NCBI GenBank assembly: GCA_020184695.1
Contig: JAANOX010000011.1
Span: 62,001-126,000, forward strand
Length of the DNA: 64,000 bases
Source: Histomonas meleagridis 2922-C6/04-290x
Lineage: Eukaryota > Protista > Parabasalia
Direction: 5' to 3'
Both the position numbers and the translations under genes were made by a program. This document shows, piece after piece, positions 22,946 to 32,693 of the stretch (position 1 is the first letter of the stretch; each line of letters opens with the position of its first letter). The notes beneath the pieces are model-generated. The model worked only from the letters and a program-made list of their open reading frames with translations. It did no database searches and was not told the DNA's origin.

Positions 22946-23560
22946 TCACAATATATTTATGTTCAATAAAAATAAAAAATATTTGTAATTAATCATAATA
23001 ATAAATGAAGTGACTGAATTTGGAATTGTAAATGTTTTACTTTCCCCATTCTGATAACGAATAATACCATCATTTTGATAATTCATTCGAATATTGTATA
23101 TTTTTATCAGAAACATTAATGAATTGAATGTTTGTACATTCTGAAAATGGAATTCCACCTAAAAGAACTTCGGATGTAAATGATCAAGTTTTGAACATCT
23201 TCTTAATACATTGTATTTGAACCTATCTCTAAAGTTATGGTTTCAAGTCCTGTACATTTGGATAATATTCGCACCAATGTTATCACAGCGAATTTAAATA
23301 TTAATTCAGGAAAATCATTCAGATAATGCGCCTCCAATCAATTTAATTTTCCTGCAAATTGTATATATTTTTTTTGCTCATGAAGCAATTGCACCAACAG
23401 ATTCACCAACTATTGAAGAAGTTAGTACAGGTCAATGTCTGCAAGCATAATCTCTTCAACATCAAAAATTATAACATGTTCAGTAACATTCATGTAATCA
23501 TTCGTAAACTCATTTGAGTGAGTTATTGTAAGCGTTTTGTTGATTCATTATATGTTTGCA
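22946..23560 (-). pseudogene. Decayed BspA-like remnant
   Basis: Fragments ITHSNEFTNDYMNVTEHVII and FTIPNSVTSF are homologous to the intact copies; many stops. Confidence 0.55.
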
Positions 23561-24231
23561 GTGTACTGACAAAAATATAACAAATAAAATTGGAACAACT
23601 TTGATTTTTTGGTGAATGCTTTTCTGGTTAAAATATCATTTATAAAACATAGCAAAACAAAGATATTAATTTAAAAACAGCTGTGTTTGAATATATAGAA
23701 GTAATTAATGAATTAACATCGATGATAGATTTCTGATGGTTATAAATGAAATTGGTAAACTCCGAGGAAAACGCAGTGTGGCTCTTCAGAAATAATTTGC
23801 TCGATTTAATAAAAATATCTCTTGTAATAGTTATTTTTAATTTTTATTCTAATCTACAATAGGCATCAGAAAATGTAATTTCTGAAAACACAGAATAAAT
23901 AAACAAGCCTTTTAATCTTTGTTTGAATAGAGAATGAGGCGAATAGTTTCTTCAAGAAGACTACTTAGATCGAATCTTTAAATAGTAAAAACTAAGAAAT
24001 TTTCTAAATTACAAAATAAACTCTTTAACATGAATGGATATTTTTTTTAAATAATTTCAGTGTTTTCTTTCAATTCATTTTTGTTGTTTGCGCGAAATAT
24101 GGTTTAGAGAAGATAAAGGATTGAAAACTGCGGGGTCGAACTTTTTGAATGATTTGGACTTGTCAAAAAATGTTAAAACGTTTAATTCGACCGTTTATTC
24201 ATTTTTTGGTTTTGACTATTAAGAAGAATTA

Positions 24232-25563
24232 ATGAGAAATGAAAAACTTCAAGGTTATTTGGACAGAAAAGGGATGTTCGGGTTTTGGACTAAAAGGTGG
24301 TGTGTAATTAGCAATTCAAGTATAATTATTTTCAAAGATGAAACTCAATTAACAGTTGAACATTCAATTCCAATCGATGAAAATACTAAAATACATGCAC
24401 TTGAAGATGGATCTCATCGATTTACAGTTAAACCAACCAATGAACCTGCTTCTTCATTTCGGGCGTCAACTAAAGAGATGTGTAATTTATGGGTTTCCGC
24501 ATTACAATCGATAGCAAGAAACACTACGTCTGTATCCATTGCATCTTTTAACCTTATTTCTGTTCTTGGAAGAGGATATTATGGAAAAGTTACATTAGGA
24601 CAAAAAATCGATACAGGCGAATTGTTCGCAATAAAAAGCATTCACAAATCAAAAGTTGCTCATCTAGACAAGATGAGTTCCGTTTTAGCAGAGCGAAATA
24701 TATTAATATCGATTTCTCATCCTTTTATTGTCAGCATGTCATATGCATTTCAAACGCCCACAAAGTTCTACTTTTGTATGGAATACCTTCCAACAGATTT
24801 GTATCATTTTATAAGAAGTGATAACCCATTATCTTTATTTGACATTAAGTTATATTGCGCCGAAATAAGCCTTGCCCTAGAGCATCTCCATCGCAGCGGC
24901 ATTGTGTATCGTGATCTTAAACCTGAAAATGTACTCATTGGAAAAGATGGCCATATTAAACTTACTGACTTTGGTCTCTCCAAAGACATTACCAACAGTT
25001 GTAGCAAGACGTCAACTTTTTGTGGGACTGCCGAGTTTCTAGCCCCTGAGATAATCAATAAGAAGCCTTATGGATTTTCAATTGATTGGTGGGCTCTTGG
25101 CGTTCTTCTCTATGAACTCATCTACAAGAAGACACCCTTTGCCTCCGACAACGAGCTAAAAATGTTCGACAAGATCGTGAATGAAGAAGTTTCTTTCCCA
25201 ACGAAGTTCGATCAAACGATGGAGGACCTAATAAACGGTCTCCTTGACAAAAACCCGACAAAACGGTTTGGGTATGAGCAAGTCAAATCGCATCTCAATG
25301 AATTCGACTTTTATCAGGTCTATTCCAAGAACATAGAGCCAGAAAATGCGCATGTGTACCCAGTTTCTGATCTTCAAGAATGCCAATCAGATTCATTAAA
25401 TGACTCAAGCGCAACACCAGTACAAAACTCTGTTTTAGAACAGTTTAAAGGATTCTCATTCGACGGAGGTAACATTATCCCTGACGCTTCCGCTTTACAA
25501 GCACCAACAATTATTGAAAATCATCACCCGGTTCAAGGTTCGCCTTTGGGGATTTTCGAGTGA
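24232..25563 (+). CDS. PH-domain AGC family Ser/Thr kinase (Akt/PKB-like architecture)
   Basis: N-terminal PH, GRGYYGKV, YRDLKPEN, DFG, TFCGTAEFLAPE, and hydrophobic motif FKGFSF. CGACCGTTTA and TCATT lie upstream. Confidence 0.9.
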   Translation: MRNEKLQGYLDRKGMFGFWTKRWCVISNSSIIIFKDETQLTVEHSIPIDENTKIHALEDGSHRFTVKPTNEPASSFRASTKEMCNLWVSALQSIARNTTSVSIASFNLISVLGRGYYGKVTLGQKIDTGELFAIKSIHKSKVAHLDKMSSVLAERNILISISHPFIVSMSYAFQTPTKFYFCMEYLPTDLYHFIRSDNPLSLFDIKLYCAEISLALEHLHRSGIVYRDLKPENVLIGKDGHIKLTDFGLSKDITNSCSKTSTFCGTAEFLAPEIINKKPYGFSIDWWALGVLLYELIYKKTPFASDNELKMFDKIVNEEVSFPTKFDQTMEDLINGLLDKNPTKRFGYEQVKSHLNEFDFYQVYSKNIEPENAHVYPVSDLQECQSDSLNDSSATPVQNSVLEQFKGFSFDGGNIIPDASALQAPTIIENHHPVQGSPLGIFE

Positions 25564-25637
25564 TTTTTAAATATTTCGTATTTAATAAATGTTTGTGACG
25601 ACGAGAAAAAATAATGTAATTGGAAAACTTGTTTATT

Positions 25638-25880
25638 TTACTTTTTTGATTTTTTGGGTTTACCAACTTGCGTCTTGGCAAACTCTTTCTTCTCTGCTGC
25701 TGCTCGCTCTTGATATGGCTTCTTTTCTTCATCAGTGAGACTCTTCCATTTGCCAGCGATTAATTTCATGATCTCTTTTTGCTTCTTTTCGATTCCTGGA
25801 TTTTCAGCAATTATCTTTTGACGATTCTCTATGGAAAATATCAAATATCCACTTCTTGGTCTCTTCTTTTCTTCAGACAT
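25638..25880 (-). CDS. Small HMG-box protein (Nhp6-like)
   Basis: KRPRSGYLIFSIENRQKI...WKSLTDEEKKPYQERAAAEK. ATG 25880 follows TCATTTT. Confidence 0.88.
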   Translation of the reverse strand: MSEEKKRPRSGYLIFSIENRQKIIAENPGIEKKQKEIMKLIAGKWKSLTDEEKKPYQERAAAEKKEFAKTQVGKPKKSKK

Positions 25881-26287
25881 ATATAAAAATGAGGTAAAAC
25901 TCATTTAAACATCAAAACTTGATGTTGCTCTTTGATGTCCACTGAAAAAGTTGTATCGTTGCATAGAGTGAGTTGATATGTGATGTGAAATGATATGTGG
26001 CCACCTTTAAAAGCGTTCTTAATAAAGAATTTGTAGGTATTTTGAAGTTGTTTCTTAGTTGGAGGTACCTATATACCTCTATTTTCATTTTTCTTTTAAG
26101 TTGTCCCTTTATATCAAAATCATAATTGAATTTAAAATTGATATTTAAAAATATTTTTATTTTTATCTAATTGCTTAAAATAATGATAGTTTTTTATTTC
26201 TTTGTTTGTATGAAATGTTGTATTTTTAATGAAAGAATAATCTGCGATGTTCCTTTGAGGAAGGATTAGAAACCGTTAATTGCTCAT

Positions 26288-27505
26288 ATGAACACATTCG
26301 GCTGTACAAATGAAACCATAGCACATTCTCTTCCTCGGAGCAGCTCAAATGGGTATTATCACCGAAACCCGAATCATTTCACATTTAATCAATTTGCAAC
26401 AGATACAAAACGTGTTCATTTAATTTCATCTGATTTATGGGAAGCGATCACGGGCGAAAGGCAAACACCATCCGGTATCTGCCAAATTCTAGACTCTTCT
26501 GTTCCAATGAGCAACACACCAAATTCAATTTCTCTTCAATCAATGGAATACGTTTTAATGGCTCGAGATCGACAAGGGAGCAGAATTCTTCAAAAGAAAC
26601 TTGATGAATCTACACCTCAAGATAGGACAACTATTTTCAATAGTTTGTATCCACAGTTATCAGAATTAGTTTATGATACCTCTGGCAATTTTGTAATTCA
26701 AAAGCTTTGTGAGTATCTTACGCCAGAACAGCAACAACGTATGCTCAATTTTTTCCTTGAGAACATCCAAATAATTATTGATAATCCAAATGGCTGTCGT
26801 GTACTTCAAAAGTTCATCGAATTTACCACCAAGCCAAACATTTCCTCCATTTTTGATGCTGTTAAGCCTTCATTTATACCTCTATGTTTTTCACAAAATG
26901 GGAATCATATTGTTCAACGTTTCATTGAATCTCTTCCCGATCGAACTAACGAGATCATCGAAGCCATTGAGCCCCACCTCTTTAATCTCGTTGTCGATAA
27001 CTGCGGATGCAGAGTAATTCAACGGTTATTTGATCGTTGTCCCATTGATGAGCTCGAAAATCTTGTTCAGGAAGTTCTTAAGTGTCCAGAAAAGCTTGCA
27101 ACCAACCAATATGGCAATTATGTCGTCCAAAACATTCTTGCTGCTGGGAAAAAAGAACATATTTCAGCATTGATCAAATCATTTCGAGGACATTTTTATG
27201 AATTTTCTATACACAAATTTGCTTCAAATGTCATTGAGAAATGTATTAGAGATGCAACGAAAGATGAACAAATGGAAATTTTTGTTGAGATAATTGGCGA
27301 TGAAAATCATTTTCTAAAAGACAGGATTTTAAGGATGATAAGTGACCAGTTTGGGAACTACGTAATACAAAGGATTATCGAAAACGGAAGCGAAAGTATG
27401 CAAAATGTTATATATGAAGTTGTATATGATAACTTCGATGACCTAAACGGAAATTACGCAAAACATGTGATAGCTAAGCTGGAGAAAATGGGTTTTGATT
27501 TTTAG
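26288..27505 (+). CDS. Pumilio (PUF) RNA-binding protein
   Basis: Eight PUF repeats (GSRILQK, GNFVIQK, GCRVLQK, GNHIVQR, GCRVIQR, GNYVVQN, ASNVIEK, GNYVIQR). Confidence 0.93.
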   Translation: MNTFGCTNETIAHSLPRSSSNGYYHRNPNHFTFNQFATDTKRVHLISSDLWEAITGERQTPSGICQILDSSVPMSNTPNSISLQSMEYVLMARDRQGSRILQKKLDESTPQDRTTIFNSLYPQLSELVYDTSGNFVIQKLCEYLTPEQQQRMLNFFLENIQIIIDNPNGCRVLQKFIEFTTKPNISSIFDAVKPSFIPLCFSQNGNHIVQRFIESLPDRTNEIIEAIEPHLFNLVVDNCGCRVIQRLFDRCPIDELENLVQEVLKCPEKLATNQYGNYVVQNILAAGKKEHISALIKSFRGHFYEFSIHKFASNVIEKCIRDATKDEQMEIFVEIIGDENHFLKDRILRMISDQFGNYVIQRIIENGSESMQNVIYEVVYDNFDDLNGNYAKHVIAKLEKMGFDF

Positions 27506-27775
27506 TGTTTTTAAAAGTCTTTGAATTTCTTTATTTCTTTTTATTTTTATGTAATTTTACTCTTTTGCATTAAACATTTATTCTTAAAAAATCAAAAATT
27601 ACATCGTTTTTAATATTTAATTCTTTAATTTTATCATTTTTATTCAATAAATTCATTTTTTTAAAATTTATCTCTTTAAGAAAATAATAAAAATCAAATT
27701 ACAAGTTATAATTTATCAATAAAAGTAAACGAAATGGCTTTTTGATCAAAACTAAATGTATTGAATTAACTAAGT

Positions 27776-28369
27776 TTAGATAATGTTACATTTAAGGCAA
27801 CAAAAGCTTTTGCTATCATTGACATTTGGCTTTCCTAAGTTCGGGGTTCCCATTTTCTGTAATTCCATTAATCTCGTTGCCACTTTGAAAAATGCATTTG
27901 TTACATTGTGATTCAATACCGCTGAAGTTTCAAAAAAATCAGCTTTAATTTGTTTCGCCATTTCCATTCCATCTTCTGTACTTATATATCTTTGTTCTTC
28001 TAAATCACATTTGTTTCCACATAAAACTAATGGCGTTTCATCTTCTTCTCTCTTAGTTTGAACTATTAATTGATAATAATTTTCTATTTCATCAAATGAT
28101 GCTCTATTATTAATTGCATACACAAGAATAAAAGCTTCGCGATTTCTTATATAAGAAATTCGCATTGGAGCAAAATCATCTTGACCTGCAGTATCGAGAA
28201 TATCAAAATGAACAACTCTTCCATTTATTTCAACTGTTCGTTTAAATGATTCTTCTATTGTAGGATCATAGGTCTCAACAAAATATCCTTTAATAAATTG
28301 GATAGAAAGAGCTGACTTACCAACAGCACCAGATCCAAAAATAGCAATTTTCACTGTGATTTCTTCCAT
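27776..28369 (-). CDS. Ras-family small GTPase
   Basis: GSGAVGKS, YDPTIE, DTAGQ, NKCD, ETSA, and C-terminal CAAX (CNII). Confidence 0.93.
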   Translation of the reverse strand: MEEITVKIAIFGSGAVGKSALSIQFIKGYFVETYDPTIEESFKRTVEINGRVVHFDILDTAGQDDFAPMRISYIRNREAFILVYAINNRASFDEIENYYQLIVQTKREEDETPLVLCGNKCDLEEQRYISTEDGMEMAKQIKADFFETSAVLNHNVTNAFFKVATRLMELQKMGTPNLGKPNVNDSKSFCCLKCNII

Positions 28370-29023
28370 TTTTAAAAAATGCTCAAAGCCGATTGCGTTG
28401 TAAAATCGAAAAGGTTCAACATTTTATTCAGCTACTTTTTTGAAAAAGGTGAAATAAATATTACATGTTCTTGTGAATGTTGACGTTGATTTTGTGTAAA
28501 ATAAATTTTTTAAGTAAACTTTATGACTTCTTCACAAAAAGCTTTGTTAGACATATTTTCTTTTGAATTTAAAGAATAATGGGAAAAGACTATGTGTCTA
28601 AATATTCAAATTTTTCAATTGTATATGAAAAATTGAGTAAAAGAAAAAATTAAAACGTGTTTTCATTTCCAAACATTTAGAAAGAGGATATTTTACTACT
28701 TTAAATCAATCTGATGATCTTATTATTAAGAAAATTCAATTATAAAAGATTTGTTGTTTAATCAAAAATTAAATTTTAAAAAGAAAGAAAACAATTTTTT
28801 GGCATTTCAAAGATAATTTTGTATGTATTTATAGTAAACATTGTTTTGTAATAAGGAATCAATTTTTTATAAAATTAATTTTTGTCATAAATTTAATCAA
28901 TTTCATTTTTGGGGTTTTTGGTAGCGCTTGGAATACTAGTTTCTTTTTTCAATGAATTACATGATTGTAACTCGAAAAAGAGGGATCTGACCAGATTTCT
29001 CTTATTTGGTCGGACAAAATCAA

Positions 29024-31066
29024 ATGTTTTTTTGTTTTCTTTGTTTTTCGAGCTCAACAATTCTTGGAATTGATCTCGGATCTGAAGATATAAAGGTATC
29101 AATGATTTCACACGATAAGCCACTTCATATAGCATTTAATTCCAGATCCAAAAGATATACACCAAATTATTTTGCTTTCTGGAATATAACTCGTTCTTCT
29201 AATTACACATCCGCACAAAATTGGGACATCTCAAAAGCAGATTCATTTGATTGGGACTTTGGTGAAACGGCATATGATAAATGTTTAAGGTTTCCAAAAA
29301 CATGTCTTAGGGGAAACAATTGGAAAAATGAAACATACTTTAATATGAGCACAATAGAAATTACCTCACTTTCCCTCATAAATCTAATTGATTCAATTAA
29401 ACAATCAGAGCAAATCAATGATTCTATTCAAGTAGTCACAGCCATTCCACCATCCACAAGCTCACGTGAAAAGAGCTTTTTGTATGCAGCTCTATCACTA
29501 GCTAACATCACTGTAATGCAATTTGTTGATTCAATGTATTCACCTGCATATTTATATGCACTCGAAAAAGATTCATTTTTCAAAAACACCACTAAGTCTG
29601 TAGCATTTGTTGATGTTGGTTCTACAGGCACTCGAGTTTCTATCTACAAATTCACCAATTCCAACTCGTCCACATCGTTCATTCAAATTGCTTCGAAATT
29701 CAATGACCTCGGCGGTTATCACATTGATTTCAAACTCGCCGATATCCTATCGTCCCAGCATCACATTAACATGAGTAATCCTAAAACACGAATTACATTT
29801 CTTGATGATATTTCACATGTAAAAGCAATGCTCACAATTCATCCATCGGTTGATCTTAAATTTGAAGATGATGAAGATATTGATGAAAAAGTTATCACTA
29901 TTACACGTGAAGATCTTTCTAAAGTTTTAAGTGAATTTAATGAAACACTTAAACAAACCATTGAATCAGCTTTAGTTCAAGCTAATATTGAACAAGTTGA
30001 TAGCGTTGAAATTATTGGTGGCTGTTCACATATTCAATCCATACAAGAGTTAGTACGACATTTATTTAATGTCACAAAAATCAAATTTTCACTTGACTCA
30101 GAGAATAGTGTTGCGTATGGCGCAGGATATTATGCATCAACACGTTCACCATATTTTAAAGTTAAAGAAGTTACATCATCTGTTATGATTACATCTCCAT
30201 CATATCTTATTACTAACAACACATTATATGAAATCTTTCGACGTGGTGATTTCGAAGATAAATGCCCAACTATAAATGTTACTGTAATTCCCGGACAAGA
30301 ATTTTATATTATTACAGATGATTCTAAATTATTATATATCAAATTCCATATTAAGAACTTAACAACTGAATCAAATGTTGAGTTATCTTTTATACATAAT
30401 TATTATTTAATGCCGGTGCCTTACGTAGCATTAATTGGTAATGAAAGCGTCGAAATCGAATATGAAAATGTTGGATGGGAACCTTCAAATGAAGAACTGA
30501 ATGAGTCAGCAAAACTTGTTAATGAATTAGTCCGTTTATATAAGAATAGAAGAACAATCGAAAAGGCTGCAAATGATTTCGAACAATATCTTTTGGAATT
30601 AGAACGATTTATTCGTTTTAATGATGTTATACCGAAAGATGAAAGTGATTTCATAAAACAAATCGTTGAAGAGAATTATAAATGGTTCGATGAAAGAAAT
30701 TATTTAAGAACTGTTAAAGAATTCGAAGATAAGTTAAATGTAATACATAACAAAACAGATGAAATTGTATTGAAATGGAAAGAAGAGGCAGAAAAACCAT
30801 TGATAAGGAAAAAAATCCAAAAAACAATTGGAAAAGCAAAAGAGTTATCGCAAAAGTTAACAATTTTTGATGAAAATTTGAAGCTACAATACGAATTAGT
30901 GGAAAAAATTAAAGAAACAGAAAAAGTGTTAAAGAGAAACGATTTGACATCGAAGGAAATGAAAGAAAAAAGAAATATCTTGAAAGCGGTAATGATTAGA
31001 GCTAAAAATAGTTTGCTCAAGAATAAGAAGGAACAAAAAATCATTAATGTAACTAATGAATTATAA
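29024..31066 (+). CDS. Divergent ER-type Hsp70 superfamily protein (Grp170/Hsp110-like)
   Basis: Signal-like N-terminus, ILGIDLG, VDVGSTGT, VEIIGGCSHI, helical C-terminus, ends in TNEL. Confidence 0.75.
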   Translation: MFFCFLCFSSSTILGIDLGSEDIKVSMISHDKPLHIAFNSRSKRYTPNYFAFWNITRSSNYTSAQNWDISKADSFDWDFGETAYDKCLRFPKTCLRGNNWKNETYFNMSTIEITSLSLINLIDSIKQSEQINDSIQVVTAIPPSTSSREKSFLYAALSLANITVMQFVDSMYSPAYLYALEKDSFFKNTTKSVAFVDVGSTGTRVSIYKFTNSNSSTSFIQIASKFNDLGGYHIDFKLADILSSQHHINMSNPKTRITFLDDISHVKAMLTIHPSVDLKFEDDEDIDEKVITITREDLSKVLSEFNETLKQTIESALVQANIEQVDSVEIIGGCSHIQSIQELVRHLFNVTKIKFSLDSENSVAYGAGYYASTRSPYFKVKEVTSSVMITSPSYLITNNTLYEIFRRGDFEDKCPTINVTVIPGQEFYIITDDSKLLYIKFHIKNLTTESNVELSFIHNYYLMPVPYVALIGNESVEIEYENVGWEPSNEELNESAKLVNELVRLYKNRRTIEKAANDFEQYLLELERFIRFNDVIPKDESDFIKQIVEENYKWFDERNYLRTVKEFEDKLNVIHNKTDEIVLKWKEEAEKPLIRKKIQKTIGKAKELSQKLTIFDENLKLQYELVEKIKETEKVLKRNDLTSKEMKEKRNILKAVMIRAKNSLLKNKKEQKIINVTNEL

Positions 31067-31323
31067 ATAATAAATTATAAATTATGTGGAAATTTTGTTT
31101 TATATTTTATTACTTTTTAATTTACATTTTGATTTGAAAATGGAAAAGTGAATGCAAATACAATTAAAAGATGGATATTCCACGTTATTTTGTTGTACTC
31201 ACACTTCATATTTGTCTTATGAATCCAATTGCTAAACGAAATGTAAATTAAATAGTATATTTAAACGTGCGAAGAAATTTGAAGCTTTTTCACAACAACA
31301 ATGGGACTTTTTCAATGAAGGTG

Positions 31324-32547
31324 ATGTCAATGGAAGGAAAGAGCGTTCTTAAAGGGAAAAAAATTGTTTTAGGAATCACAGGAAGTATTGCTGCTTACAA
31401 AGCATGTTATATAATTCGCGGGCTTATTAAAAGAGGTGCTGAAGTTCAAACCGTAATTACTCCAGCTGGAAAAGAGTTTATTACACCAATTACACTTTCT
31501 GCACTTACACATAAACCTGTTATTAATGAATTCTTTTCTCAACGAGATGGAACCTGGAATAGTCATGTTGATTTAGGGCTTTGGGCAGACGCTATGCTAA
31601 TCGCTCCTGCCACAGCGTCTACAATTGGTAAAATGGCCAATGGTATTGCAGACAACATGTTAATTACAACATATCTTTCTGCTAAATCCCCTGTTTTTAT
31701 TGCACCTGCAATGGATTTAGATATGTTTGCACATCCATCCACTCAAAAGAATCTTGAAACATTACGTTCATATGGTAATATTATCATAGAGCCAGCTACA
31801 GGAGAACTTGCAAGTAAACTTGTTGGTAAAGGCCGTATGGAAGAACCAGAAATAATTATCCAACGTTTAGAAGAATACTTTACATCGAAAAGTGACTTAG
31901 ATGGCAAAACCGTTCTCATAACCGCCGGGCCTACATATGAAAAAATAGATCCAGTTCGCTTTATAGGGAATTTTTCATCAGGCAAAATGGGATTTTCAAT
32001 TGCTGATGAATGTTCCAAACGTGGGGCTAAGGTTATTTTAATTACAGGACCTGTCCAACTTCAAACTAATTTTCATGTTGAAAAAAGGATTAATGTACAA
32101 AGTGCAGAAGAAATGTATAACGAAGCAGTAAACATATTCCCACAAGTTGACATAGCTATTCTCTCGGCTGCAGTTTCCGATTATACTCCGGAAACTATTT
32201 ATGATCAGAAAATTAAACGCGAAAAAACAGGAGAAATTGTTCTTAAGCTAAAGCCAACAAAAGACATCGCAGCGTCATTGGGAAATATGAAGAAAGGACA
32301 AATTTTGGTTGGATTTGCTCTTGAAACATTTAACGAAGAACAAAACGCAATCGAAAAAATGAAAAGGAAAAACTTCGATTTCATTGTTTTGAACTCGCTC
32401 AATGATAAAGGCGCCGGCTTTGGATATGACACTAATAAAGTATCAATAATCGATCAAAACGGAAGAAAAGACTTCGAATTGAAGTCGAAGGCTGAAGTTG
32501 CAAAAGACATTGTGAACCATTTAGTGGAAGTTCTAAATAAAAACTAA
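31324..32547 (+). CDS. coaBC: Bifunctional phosphopantothenoylcysteine decarboxylase/synthetase (bacterial-type CoaBC)
   Basis: KKIVLGITGSIAAYK, APATASTIGK, PAMDLDM, LITAGPTYEKIDPVRFIGNFSSGKMG, AAVSDY, VGFALET. Fused bacterial architecture. Exact start is uncertain (ATGs at 31315, 31324, 31330). Confidence 0.93.
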   Translation: MSMEGKSVLKGKKIVLGITGSIAAYKACYIIRGLIKRGAEVQTVITPAGKEFITPITLSALTHKPVINEFFSQRDGTWNSHVDLGLWADAMLIAPATASTIGKMANGIADNMLITTYLSAKSPVFIAPAMDLDMFAHPSTQKNLETLRSYGNIIIEPATGELASKLVGKGRMEEPEIIIQRLEEYFTSKSDLDGKTVLITAGPTYEKIDPVRFIGNFSSGKMGFSIADECSKRGAKVILITGPVQLQTNFHVEKRINVQSAEEMYNEAVNIFPQVDIAILSAAVSDYTPETIYDQKIKREKTGEIVLKLKPTKDIAASLGNMKKGQILVGFALETFNEEQNAIEKMKRKNFDFIVLNSLNDKGAGFGYDTNKVSIIDQNGRKDFELKSKAEVAKDIVNHLVEVLNKN

Positions 32548-32693
32548 AATCATTTTGTTGTATTTAAATAATATTCTTCTCGATACAATCGCTTTAATGT
32601 ACATTTTGCTTAATTTTGTTATAAGATTAAGTGATCAAATGACTTTTGCAAAATAAAAAACTTGTAAATAAATTAATGTATATAAATTTTTAT

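Noticed and set aside
31267-32547. coaBC as bacterial contamination
   Set aside because: Host-like composition, no operon neighbours or Shine-Dalgarno site, and contiguity with eukaryotic genes; read-level confirmation is still needed.
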